Source of the DNA: Mobula hypostoma
Lineage: Eukaryota
DNA length: 64,000 bases
Direction: 5' to 3'
Assembly: GCF_963921235.1 (NCBI RefSeq)
Contig: NC_086097.1
Coordinates: forward strand, 176,206,001-176,270,000
Below the pieces are notes generated by a model. That model had not been told where the DNA came from, did not search any database, and saw only the letters and a list, made by a program, of their open reading frames with translations. Shown one piece after another: positions 37,375 to 49,159 of this stretch (position 1 is the first letter of the stretch; every line of letters begins with the position of its first letter). A program made the position numbers and the translations under genes.

Positions 37375-37610
37375 CATGTAGCATAGTGGCTAGCACAAGG
37401 CTAGTATAGCCTGGGGCATCAGAGTTTGGAGTTCAATTCTGGGTTTCCTCCAGGTGCTTGGTTTTCCCTCACGGTCCAAAGACATACCAGTTAGTAGGTT
37501 AGTTGGTCATTGTAACTTGTCCTGTGATTAGGCATAGGATTAAATCAATGGGTTGCTGGGCGTCAAGACTCAGTGGGCTAGAACAGCCTGTTTGGCACTG
37601 TATGTCCAAG
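37375..37610 (+). mobile_element. V-type tRNA-derived SINE
   Basis: A-box-like tagcatagtgg, B-box gagttcaattc, V core gggtttcctccaggtgcttggttttccctcacggtccaaagac. Confidence 0.75.
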
Positions 37611-37619
37611 TGAGTAAAA

Positions 37620-39300
37620 GCCTGGGCTGTTTTTTCTGGAGCATCAGACATGGAGGGGAGAACTGATAAAGGTTTATGGAATTATGAGAGGCATGACTAG
37701 GGAAGATAATCAGAGCCTCTTTCCCAGGATAGAAACATCAACTACTAGAGGATGTGCACATAAGGTGAGAGCGGAATCGTTTAAAAGAGATCTGTGGATT
37801 GAATTCTTTTTACAAAGAGGGCGGTGGGTGCCTGGAATGGACTGCCAGGGGCAGTGGTAAAACAGACATGATTATGGTGTTTAAGAGGCCACCAGGCCAG
37901 TCCCTAAATATGCAGGGAATGGAGGGATATGGATCATGTACAGGCAGAAGAGAGCTGCTTCAATTCAGCATTTTGTTTGGCATGGATGTTGTAGGCCTGT
38001 TCCGGTGTTCCACGCTTAATGTTTCATGTAATATCTATGCTGGTCACACCAATCTGATTAATGGGATTTGCCTGCACAAGGTTTGTACCCTTCTATTTTC
38101 TGCCTGTTCTGTGTCTGTCCAAGTGTCTCAAATGTTACTGTTGTACCTATTTCCATCAACTCCCATAGCAGTTTGTCCCAGGAATCTACCACCCTTTGCA
38201 AAGAATCTTGCTTTGTAAACCTCCTTTAATCTTTCTCTCTCTCACTGCAAGCCACTGCCTCTAGTATTTGACATTTCCACCCTGGGGAGAAGACTGAATA
38301 TATACTCTATTGGTGTCTTTCACAATTTTATAATCTTCTGTCCCCACCCTCCTCAGCTTTCTACGCTCTTGAAAAAACAACTCAAGTTTGTCCATCCTCT
38401 CCTTTTATCTCATTGCTTTTAATTCAGGCAGCCTCCTGGTGAACCACTTCTCCACCTTCTCCATGGCCTTCACATCCTTCCTGTAATGCGGTGACCAGAA
38501 GTGGACATAATTCTCCAATTGTGGCCTAACCAGCATTTTATTCAGCTGTAATGTGACTTCCCAACTTCTACACTCAACACTAACTGTTGAAGGCAAGTAT
38601 ATTCTGTGCCTTCTTAACCAGCTTGCAACCTCAGATCCCTCTGTACATCAGTGCCCCCATGGTTCTGTCATTTATCAGAAACTTTCCTGTTGCATTTGAC
38701 CTTCCAAAGTGAACACCTCGCACTTGCCCAGATTATTGAGCATTGTATACTGGAATTAGAATGTTATGTTGAAGTGTGTAAGATGCAGGTGAGTTTAGAC
38801 TATTGTGTACAGTTCTGGTCACCTATCTACATCAATAAGCTTGAAAGATACAGAGGAAAAATACAAGGATGTTGTCAGGACTTGAGTTCCATGGAAAGGT
38901 TAAATACATTAGGACTTTATTCCCTGGAGCACAAGAGAATGTGGGGAGATCTTACAGTATAGAGGTGTATCAAGTTCTGAGTAGTACAGAGAGGGTGAAT
39001 ATATGCAGGCTTTTGCTCTTCAGGTTGGGTGAGACTAGAACTAGAGGTTATAGGTTGAGGTTGAAAGGGTATACTCCTGAGGGGGATCTTCTTTACTCAG
39101 AGGGTGATGTGAGTGTGGAACAAGCTGCCACTGGAAGTTCTGCATCCTGGTTCATTGGCAACATTTAAAGGAAGTTTGGATAGGTATATAGATAGGAGGA
39201 GTTTGGAGAGTTATGGTCTGGGTGCAGGTAGGTGGGTCTTGAGGGAAGACCAGGTTGGTGTGGTGTAGATGTGCTGAAGGGCCTATTTCTGTGCTGCAGT
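37620..39300. mobile_element. Cluster of CR1 3' fragments in alternating orientation
   Basis: Plus 37620-38010, minus 38030-38730 (LVRPQLENYVHFWSPHYRKD), plus 38740-39300 (LDYCVQFWSP). Confidence 0.8.
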
Positions 39301-39309
39301 GCTCTTTTA

Positions 39310-39600
39310 TTTATGTATTTAATTGTTTATTTGTTTATTTACTGAGATACGGCGTTGAATAGGCCCTCCCGACCCTCTGAGCCACGCCACCCAGCAGTCC
39401 CCTGAATTTAATCCTATCCTAGTCATGGCACAATTTACAATGACCAATTAACCTACCAAAGTTCTTTGGACTACGGGAGGAAACCAGAGCACCTGGAGGA
39501 AACCCACATGGTCACGGGGATAATGTACAAACTCCTTATAGGCAGCAGCGGGAATTGAACCTGGGTCATTGGTACTGTAAGCATTGTGCTAACTACTACA
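39310..39600 (-). mobile_element. V-type tRNA-derived SINE
   Basis: Reverse V core (tctttggactacgggaggaaaccagagcacctggaggaaaccc), B-box ggaattgaacc, (TTTA)n-like tail. Confidence 0.8.
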
Positions 39601-39839
39601 TTACATTACCATCCCATCCTGATGATTTATGACACTAAACCCCAGCTGCCATTTCTCCTATCGAATTTCTCACTGGAATATATTCTGCTGAATCCTTTGT
39701 CACTTTTCGCAACATTTTTCTCATTATCTGCAACTTTGCCAATTTTTGTTTCATCTGCAAACTTATTAATCAGCTCACTTCTATTTTTGTTCATGTTATT
39801 TATGCATATCACAAACAACAGAGACTCTGTGATTGCCAT

Positions 39840-39985
39840 CGTTGGCAGTTTATCTGGGAGGGAGAAAACTCTGATCTCAAACCTCCACTGCCTTGCAGCT
39901 ATACCCACTCATGAGGAAGGCTTCAGAAGTAAACTCCGAGGAAAAATCTGGAGTCCCTAAGGCAGTCCTAAGGCAATCCTGGAAA
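39840..39985 (+). repeat. Short interspersed repeat resembling an RTE-clade 5' UTR; inverted copy at 43575-43728
   Basis: ggagaaaactctgatctcaaacctccactgccttgcagctat..ctcatgaggaaggcttcagaagtaaactccgaggaaaaatctggag occurs as reverse complement at about 43.6 kb. Confidence 0.7.
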
Positions 39986-40079
39986 TCCCTCTCTAGCAGC
40001 ACTATAGGTGTACCTACACCTCAAAGACTGCAGTATTTCAAGGAGGCAGCTCACTGCCACCTCCTTTTGGGGTCCACTG

Positions 40080-41870
40080 GCACAGACAAAACAAAGATAG
40101 ATGAAGGGACAGGTAGTGTTGCTGAGACAAGTAGTCTGCAGAAGGAGTTAGACAGATCAAGAGAGGGGACAAAGAAGTGGCAGATGGAATACAGAACAGG
40201 GAAGTGGGGGGTTATGTCCATTGGTAGGAAGAATACATGTATAGGCTATTTTTGTAAATGGGGAGAAAATTCAGGAATCAGAGGTGCAAAGGTACTTGGG
40301 AGTCCTGAGTCAGAATTCTCTTAAGGTTAACTTGCAGGTTGAGAAAAGCAAATACAAATTTTACCATTTATTTTGAAGGAAAGACCAGAATACAAAAGCA
40401 AGGGTCTACTGCTGAGGCTTCAGAAGGCATTAATCAAGGATACATTTTGCTTATTGATAACGATTTTGGGTCTCATATCTAAGGAACAATATGCTGGCCA
40501 AAGAGAGGGTCCGGAGGAGGTTCATAAAACCTCAATGTGTACTTCTCAATGTGTACTTAAGAATGAATAAATAATTATAGTTTTATACATATAAAAAAAT
40601 GGAAAAGGTTATATGTGTGAAAAAGTACATGATATTTGTGAATTCCTTATCCAAATAAAAATAAAATTAAAAAAAAAATGATCCCAGAAATTAAAGAAAG
40701 AGTATTTGATGTTTCTGGGCCTGTATTCGTTGGAGTTCAGAAGGATGAGGGGGGATTTCACTGATATAGAGAGAGGTTGAATGGCCTGATAGATTGTGGA
40801 GAACATGTTTCAATTGCATAAACTATTTTCTAAATAGGGAGAAATTCACAAATCCAAGATGCAGAGGGACTTGGGAATCCTCATGTAGGTTTTCCTAAAG
40901 GTTAACTTGCAGGTTGAGTCAGTGGTGAGGAAGACAAATGCAATGTTAGCATTCATTTCAAGAGGACTAGAATATAAAAATGAGAATGTACTGCCAAGGC
41001 TTTATAAGGCACTGGTGAGACCTCACTTAGAGTATTGTTAGCAGTTTTGGTTCTCTTGTCTTAAAACAGATGTGCTGACACTAGAGAAGGTTCAAAATAG
41101 GTTCACTAAGATTATTCCGGAAATGAAAGGCTTATCATATGAGGGGCTTTCGATGACTCTGGGTCAGTACTCACTGGAATTTAGGAGACTGAGAGGGGAT
41201 CTTATTGAAACCTATCGATTGTTGAAAGGCCTCGATTGAGTGGATTTGGAGAGGATGTTTCCTATAGTGGGGGATGTAGAAACAGAGGGCAAAACCTCAG
41301 AACAGAGGCATCCATTTAGAACTGAAGTAAGGAGGAATTTCTTTCACTAGAGGGTAGTGAATCTGCGGAATTTGTTGCCACAGGCAGCTGCGGAGGCCAA
41401 GTCACTGGGTGCGCTTAAGATGGAAGTTCTTAATCAGTCAATATGTGAAAGGGTACGGGGAGAAGGCCAGGGAATGGGGTTCAGAGGGAAATGAATCAAC
41501 CATGATTAAATGATGGAACAAACTTGGTGTGCCAAATGGCCTAATTTCTGCACCTATGTCATATGGTCAGATATTCTTATTGGTAAGAGATTCGACGATC
41601 TGAGGGCACAGCCTCAGAATAAAGGGATGTCCCTTTAGAACTGAGATAAAGAGGAATTTCTTCAAACTGCAGTAGTGAAACTCTGGAATTTGTTTCCATG
41701 GAGATGTATCTAAGACAGGGATTAATACTCTTGATGGGTAAGGAGGTTAAAGTTTATTTGGAGACGGAGAGAGAATGTGTTGGAAAAATAATTCAGCCAT
41801 GATTGAGTAGCAGAGCCATTTCAAAGGGCCAAATGGCTCATTTCCTCTTTTCTTTCTTATGATCTTATGG
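40080..41870 (+). mobile_element. Stacked CR1 3' fragments
   Basis: Repeated LYKALVRPHLEYC / RGDLIETY-type segments and CR1 3' UTRs ending at about 41570 and 41870. Confidence 0.8.
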
Positions 41871-42211
41871 TCTTCTCAGGGGCAATTAGGAATGAACAAT
41901 TAAATGCTCTCTCGGCCTGAAAAGCCCACATCCCACATCCCTTGTGTGTGTATATATATATATCTGTAAATACAAGAGGACGTCACTTTAAGATGTGTGG
42001 AGGAAGGTTTAGAGGAGATGTCCAGAGGTAGTTATTTTATACATAAAGAGGCGGAAGCCTGAAACACACAGGGAGGAGAGGCGATAAAGGATGATACAAT
42101 AGGGATATTTAAGAGACTCTTAGGCATATAGGTGAAACCAAAATAGAGGGCTGTGGGCTGTGTAAGATGGAAGATTTAGATTATGCACACACATACAATA
42201 TGCTGTATATA

Positions 42212-42510
42212 GGCATCCGTTAGTCTCATGAGACCATGGATTTGCGCCTTGGAAGGTTTCCAGGGCTCAGGCCTGGGCGACGTTGTATGGAAGACCAGCA
42301 GTTACCCATGCTACAAGTCTCCCCTCTCCACGCCACCGATATTGTCCAAGGGAAGGGCATTAGGACCCATACAGCTTGGCACCGGTGTTGTCGCAGAGGA
42401 ATGTGTGGTTGAATGCCTTGCTCAAGGACACAACATGCTGCCTCAGCTGAAGCTCAAACTAGTGATCCTCAGATCATTAGCCCAATGCCTTAACCACTTG
42501 GCCATGCACC
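42212..42510 (-). mobile_element. tRNA-derived CORE-type SINE with RTE-like tail
   Basis: Minus strand: A-box tggccaagtgg, degenerate B-box, CORE-like tgtgtccttgagcaaggcattcaacc, tail ggtctcatgagactaacggatgcc. Confidence 0.75.
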
Positions 42511-43574
42511 AACACTATATAATATATGGAAAACAAAAGGTACTTTGAACAAAGTGGTGTTGAAATGAAGTGACAGGATTTCATAACAAATAAATTCAGT
42601 GGAAAAATCATTACATCCTCTTACTGAACATTCTTGTACTTTAAGCATGAAGCTACGTGTCTGAATTTTTTTTACATCTGGCTGAATTAAATATAGATTT
42701 GGTAGATATATGTAATATGTTATGGTTTCAGAGCCAGGCCAGTGAAAAATATTGAAATGCCAACAACATATTTGCACAGAGTACACATTGAATTCTATGA
42801 GAAATGTTGTTACAACAATAAAGTACCTACTGCACATAACCACCATTCAAAACAGATCTCCAAACAGATTGCCAAAGCAACTAAGGCACCAGTAACCCAG
42901 CTTAGCCCCTTCTCCTGTCAGTAGAAATAGATCTGCTGGGTTTAGTAGCTAAGACACACATGAAGGCCAGTAACTGGACTTTGCTGTCAGAGGGTATTTG
43001 AGATGCACACCATTGGGAGCATTTAATAGAGAGAGGGAGCTTATCCCTACTACCACTCCCCACTATCACAACCTAAAGGAACCCATAACAATCTTAAGCA
43101 ACAGTGAAGGAAGAGCAATATATTCTCGGAGCCATTGTTGGAGTGGACACTGTTAGAGTAGTTACTTGAGACTTTAGTTCTTCGAGGCTTTAGCGTGGAA
43201 AGGCTTAAGTGAGAGAAGATGAAAAACGTAGATAGATTTTTTTCCCCAGTTGATTTTTTTTTCCTTTATATTTGCACAGTTATAACCGTAGGGATGCCAG
43301 ACAGGCTACTTGAATGCTCCTCTTGTGGGATGTAGGAAAGCAGGGAGACCTCCAGTGACCCTGATGTCCACCAAGCTGCAAGACGACCATCCAGCTGCAG
43401 CTTCTAACACTCCACATTAAAGAGCTGGAGCTGGAACTGGATGAACTCCGGATCATTCCAGAGGCCAAGGGGGTGGTAGATAGGACATATAGAGAGGTAG
43501 TAACACCCAAAGTGCAGGACACAGGAAACTGGGTGACAGTCAGGAAAGGGAAAGGGGTTAAGGAGCCACAGGGA

Positions 43575-43728
43575 TATTTGCAGGATTGCCTTAGGACTGC
43601 CTTAGGGACTCTAGCTCCAGATTTTTCCTCGGAGTTTACTTCTGAAGCCTTCCTCATGAGTGAGAATAGCTGCAAGGCAGTGGAGGTTTGAGATCAGAGT
43701 TTTCTCTCTGCTAGATAAACTGCCAACA
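43575..43728 (-). repeat. Second copy of the RTE-5'UTR-like repeat, inserted in CR1 ORF1
   Basis: Reverse complement of 39840-39985 with a short indel. Confidence 0.7.
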
Positions 43729-43757
43729 AGGTTCCCTGTGACCATCCCTCTCAATAA

Positions 43758-43904
43758 CTCACAAACAAGGGAAGATCTGCAGATGCTGGAAATCTGAGCA
43801 ACACACACAAAATACTGGAGGAACTCAGCAGGCTAGGCAGCATCTATGGACTTTTTCCATAGACGCTGCCTGGTCTGCTGAGTTCCTCCAACATTTTGTG
43901 TGTG
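43758..43904. mobile_element. PLE-derived hairpin element lacking the hammerhead core, 13-bp TSD
   Basis: Arms acacacacaaaat.ctggaggaactcagcag..gcagcatctatgga / tccatagacgctgcc..ctgctgagttcctccaacattttgtgtgtg; TSD TCCCTCTCA(A/C)TAA at 43745-43757 and 43905-43917. Confidence 0.88.
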
Positions 43905-46010
43905 TCCCTCTCACTAATGTTGGGGGGGGGGGTGAGAGCAGAGGAAAGTCAAGCGATCAGGACTCTGGCACTGAGTCCGACTCTGTGACTCAGAAGGGAA
44001 AGTGGCAGAAGATGCAAGCTGTGGTGATAGGGGGTTCGTTAGTTGGGGAACAGACAGAAGGTTCTGCGGATGAGATCAAGACTTTCGGATAAAACGTTAC
44101 CTCCTTGGTGCTAGGGACTAGGACACCTTGGATCATGTTGCCAGTATTCTTAAGTGGGAGGGTGATTAACTAGAGGTCGTGGTTCAGTAGGTACCAATGA
44201 CATGGGTAGGAAGAGTGATGAGGTTCTGGAAAGTGAGTTCAGGGAGTTAGGCACTAAGGTAAAGGACAGGGCCTCCAGTGTTGTGATCTCAGGATTGCTA
44301 CCTGTGCCACATGCTAGTGAGGCCAGTAGTAGGAAGATCATACAGTTTTACACTTGGCAAAGGAGCTGGTGTAGATATCAGATTTTTGGATCATTGGGCT
44401 CTCTTCTAGGTAGGTGGGACCTGAATGGAAGAGACAATTAGCACCTGAACTGGAGGGGAACTCATTTTTTGCATCTATATTTACTCGGGAGATGGACATA
44501 GAGTGTATAGAACTGAGGCAAAGTGACATCAACTTCATGGACCGTACACCGATTACAGAGGAGGAGGTGTTTGCTATTCTGAGGCAAATTAGGTTGGATA
44601 AATCCCCAGGGCCTGACTATATATTCCCTCAGACCCTACGGGAGGCAAATGCAGAAATTGTCGGGCCCTAGCAGAGTTATTTAAATGATCCTTAGCAACA
44701 GGAAAGGTACCAGAGAATTGGAGGATAGCCAATGTTGTAATGCTGTTTAAGAAAGGCTCTAAACATAATCCAGGAAATTATAGGCTAGTGAGTCTGACAT
44801 CAGTTGAGAGAAAGTTATTGGAATGTATTCAACTGGACTGGATTTATACTGTACTGTAAGCATTTAGATAGACATTGGACTGGATTTATACTGTAAGCAT
44901 TTGGATAGTCAGCAAGGCTTTGTGCATGGTAAGTCATGTCTGACCTATCTTAAAGATGATTTCGAGGGAGTTACCAGGACAGTGGATGAAGACAAGGCAG
45001 TGGATGTTGTCTACATGGACAACATTTGATAAAATCCTGCATGGGAGGTTGATCAAGACAGTTCAGAGACTCGGCAGTCAAGATGAAGTACTAAATCGGA
45101 TTAGATGTTGGCTTTGTGGGAGAAGCCTGAGAGTGGTATTAGATGGTTGTCTCTCTGAATGGAGGTCTGTAATTAATGGAGCGCCACAGGGATTGATGCT
45201 GGGTCCATTGCTGTTTGTCATCTATATCAATGATCTGGATGATAATGTGGCTAACACTGGATCAGTAAATTTGCAGATGACACCAAGATTGGGGGTGTTG
45301 TGTACAGTAAGGTGGACTATCAGAGCTTGTAGCGGGAGCTGGCCCAGCTGGAGAAATGGGTTGAAAATTAGCAGGTGAAATTTAATGCAGATGAGTGCGA
45401 GGTGTTTTCACTTCAGTTGGACCTACCAGGGTAGGTCTTTCACAATGAACAGTAGGGCAGTGAAGAGTCTGGTAGATTCATTGAAACTGGAGGCACAGAT
45501 AGCTGGGGTCATTAAGAAAGCTTTTGACACATTGTCCTTCATAAATCAAAGTACTGAGTACAGGAGATGGAATGTTGTGTTGAAGTTGTATAAGACACTG
45601 TTGAGGCCTAATTTGGAGTACTGTTTTCAGTTTTGGTCACCTGTCTACAGGAAAGAGTAAAGAGAAAATTTAAAAGGATGTTGCCGGACAGGAGGACCTG
45701 AGTTATAAGAAAGATTGAATAAGTAAGGGCCTTATTCTTTGGAACTTAGAAGACTGAGGGGAGATTTGATAGAAATTTATGAGGGGCATAGATAGGGCAA
45801 ATGCAAACAGACTTTTTCCACTGAGATTGGGTGGGACTATAACATGGGTTCAGGGGAAAGGTGAAAAGTTTAAGGGGAACATGAGGGGAAACTTCTTCAC
45901 TCAGAGGATCGTGAGAGAGTGGAATGAGCTGCCAGCACAAGTGGTCCATGTATAAGAGAAGTTTGGATAGGTATATGGATAGTAGGGGTATTGATGGTTA
46001 TGGTCTAGGT

Positions 46011-47252
46011 CAGTGGTCCCCAATCACCGGGCCGCGACCGGTATCGGGCCGCAAAGCATTTGCTACCGGGCTGCGAGGAAACAATATGATTTGGCGATAT
46101 GAGTCAGCTGCACCTTTCCTCATTCCCTGTCACGGCCACTGTTGAGCCATTACGCATGTGAGGTCATTATCCGCGCATCATCCATGTTAGCGCGGGAAGG
46201 AGATCAACTCCTCGAGCTTGCAAATGACAGCGGGCTGAAAAGTTTGTTTGACATAACATCTCTGCCAGTATTCTGGATCAAAGTCAAGGCTAAATATCCT
46301 GAGATAGCCACAAAAGCACTGAAAACGTTACTTCAATTTCCAACATTTTTCTGCGAAGCGGAGTTTTCTGCAATGAATGTAACGAAAACTAAATTGCAGA
46401 ATAGACTGGACATAAGGAACCCCCTTCGAGCATCGCTGTCTCCCATCACCCTTCGATGGAACCGTCTTGTTGCAGGGAAACAAGCCCAGGGCTCCCCCTG
46501 ATTCAGCGATATTGGTGTGTTGCAATGAATTTATATGTTCATACGGGAAATATGTGCTGTGTGTTTAATGTCCAAACGTTACTTAAAATGTTATGATGCT
46601 ATTGACTTACTTATATAACCATATAACAATTACAGCACAGAAACAGGCCATCTCTGCCCTTCTAGTCCGTGCCGAACGCTACTCTCACCTAGTCCCACCC
46701 ACCTGCACTCAGCCCATAACCCTCCATTCCTTTCCTGTCCATATACCTATCCAATTTTTCTTTAAATGATAATATCGAACCTGCCTCTACCACTTCTACT
46801 GGAAGTTCGTTCAACACTTACTTCAAGCTCCCCTGTCCTCCCCTGATAATTGATTTATCAGTATATTCATGCGAGGAAAATATGCGCTGTGTGTTTAATA
46901 TTAAATTCGTTAGATGAACCCTTTTACAAACGAAATTGAGTGTATTAGCCACTTATCACCTATATTCTAGTCGTGATTAACAACCCCCCACCCCCCCAAG
47001 CAGAATCGCCAAAAACGATTTGCAGGGAAAAAAATAGGCAGGTACACGCATGGGCAGGTCACGCATGTGCACTGGTGCCCGCGCAAGGCTTCATGGTCAT
47101 TGTAGTCTTTCTCTGGATAAACGCAACATATTTGACTGCTACTCTTGTCCGTTGGCAACCCTACCCCCCCCCCGCCCCCCGGGTCGGCCGGTCCGCAAGA
47201 ATATTGTCAATATTAAACCGGTCCGCAGTGCAAAAAAGGTTGGGGACCCCTG
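46011..47252 (+). mobile_element. Non-autonomous hAT (Charlie/Buster-type) transposon
   Basis: TIRs CAGTGGTCCCCAA / TTGGGGACCCCTG; exact 8-bp TSD GTCTAGGT (46003-46010, 47253-47260); transposase C-terminal dimerisation remnant (LPVFWIKVKAKYPEIATKALKTLLQFPTFFCEAEFSAM..KTKLQNRLD..QAQGS). Confidence 0.96.
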
Positions 47253-47519
47253 GTCTAGGTGCAGGTTGATGGGACTAGGCAGTTTAAGTGTTTCAGCACT
47301 TAAAGGGCCTGTTTCTGTGCAGTGGCTTTCTATAACTCTATATCTCCAAGTTATAATAGTATGCGGCTTGGAGGGATAATTTCCGTGCTTTTGCATCATG
47401 ACATATGCACAAGTCCATGTATAGAACGTCGGACATAGAACAGTACAGCACAGGAACAGACCCTTTGGCCCACAATATTGTGCCAAACCAAATAAACTAA
47501 TAATCAAATGGCCAACTAA

Positions 47520-47551
47520 GAGAAGAAAAGAGAAGAGAAGAGAAGAGAAGA
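47520..47551. repeat. (AGAAG)n microsatellite, tail of a minus-strand LINE
   Basis: Direct reading. Confidence 0.85.
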
Positions 47552-48080
47552 ATATCTTTATTGTCATTGTTGTGGAGCAATGAAACACAGTTTAGCAGCT
47601 CAACGTTTTGCAGCATGACAAAGAATATATACATACAATAAACTCTAAAACCTCAGGAGTGCAGTCCAAAATTAATAATATATGGATGGGGGGGGTGGGG
47701 TAGGACTATTGCACACCTGCCATTCCTGGAAGTGTGATGCATTTAGCTGCTGCCGTCTTAGGAGGGGGGCAGGAGAAGGGAAGGGGGTGTTATACATTTC
47801 ACTGCTTGTGGGTAGAAGCTGTTAAGGAGTCTCTTTGTTTTCATCCTTAATGAAGGGAGAGGGGAAAACAGGTGATATCCAGGATGAGTGGGATCCTTTG
47901 AAATACAAGTAGCCTTCTTTTGAAGTCTGCCAGTATAAATGTCTCTGAGGGAGGGTAATGTTGTGCCAATAACCCGCTCTGCTACCCTCACCACCTGCTG
48001 CAAGTCCTTCCTGTTCTGTTCTGTGCAGCTGGCAAACCACACTGCACAGCAATATGTCAGGAGGCTCTCTATAGTTGTCT
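47552..48080 (-). mobile_element. Rex1/Babar LINE 3' fragment
   Basis: WFASCTEQNRKDLQQVVRVAERVIGTTLPSLRDIY..DPTHPGYHLFSPLPS..RLLNSFYPQAV. Confidence 0.88.
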
Positions 48081-49159
48081 AACTAATCCCTTATGCTTGC
48101 TCAATGTCCATATTCTTCCATTTTCCTCACATTAATGAGCCTATCTTAACACCTCTTAAAAGTTCCTAATGTATCTGCCTCTACCACCACCCTAGGCATC
48201 GCATTCCAGGCACCAAACTCTGTGTAAAAATCTTACCTCTCACATCCCCTTTGAAATGACCCCCTCTCACCTTAAATACACATCTTCTGGTATTAGACAT
48301 TTCAACCCTGGGAAATAGATACAGTCTGTTGTTGACCAGAAATAACTATGATCTACGAATTAGCCAATAGGAATGAGGTAAAACCAGTGAAAATAGACAA
48401 AGCAAAAGTCTTTGTTCTTGCCATGTAGTTGCAGGAATAGAGGCTTTCCTTGCAGCCGCCATTTTGTGAATTGTTAGGTTCTTGCCCAGCGATAACTTAA
48501 TCTGAGTAATTGAACGTGGACACAAGGAGCTTCTGCTGATGATCCGCTAAACCTGTAACCATTCTCAGATACAAAGCTGTTTATTATGTAAAGTAGCGTA
48601 CATGCAGAAGGAACAGCCTGTGATCCGACCATCTGGATCCAGTGTTTGGCTGATCTGGTTGAACTGGTCTGAACCAGTCTGAGTTGGAAAGAACTAAAGA
48701 CATTACCCAAGTCACTAGACTGGAGGGAACAACCATAAAGCAACACTGCTTGCAACCTTGGGCCACTTCCAATGAGAACTAATAAAGATCAGTCAGATGA
48801 TCTTGAGCCAATGAAACTGAGACATCATGGATCTGATAGGGAAAAAAATAAAAATGGAGAATATCAGGAGCACAGGCAGCAACAGCTCTCTGGAGATCTA
48901 CAACTGCAGGCGTGGATGACCCCATGTCAGAAGCACGGAGATTACATTGGGATCAGGAAGAACACCAGGCCAGTGTAGGTTCCTTTACCCAAGTATTACC
49001 TTTGCTCTTCTTTGACTGTTCATGGAGGGTCAGGAAACCTAGTGGATGTTCACACCAATATTCTGTTGTGTGTGTTCATGTGCCTCTGAACTGAGACCAT
49101 GAAGGTACTAGTCAGTAAATACAGAATTTCTTGTGCCTAACTGACCATTACAGAGAGCT

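Larger units (their letters stand above)
43130..47345 (+). mobile_element. CR1 LINE with ORF1 (esterase-type) and internally deleted ORF2, multiply interrupted
   Basis: ORF1 AVVIGGSLV, VGTNDMGRK, VVISGLLPVP; jumps at about 44460 to ORF2 ([35 protein letters not shown]); 3' UTR split by the hAT element. Confidence 0.88.

Noticed and set aside
37375..42510. tRNA genes at A/B-box motifs
   Set aside because: The boxes belong to SINE heads followed by V or CORE domains; no cloverleaf.
44833..44908. Tandem duplication of about 43 bp (tggactggatttatactgt..aagcattt.gatag)
   Set aside because: Ordinary local slippage within a dead CR1.
46142..46501. Domesticated ZBED5/SCAND3-like gene
   Set aside because: Only the C-terminal transposase remnant is present, inside TIRs and a TSD.
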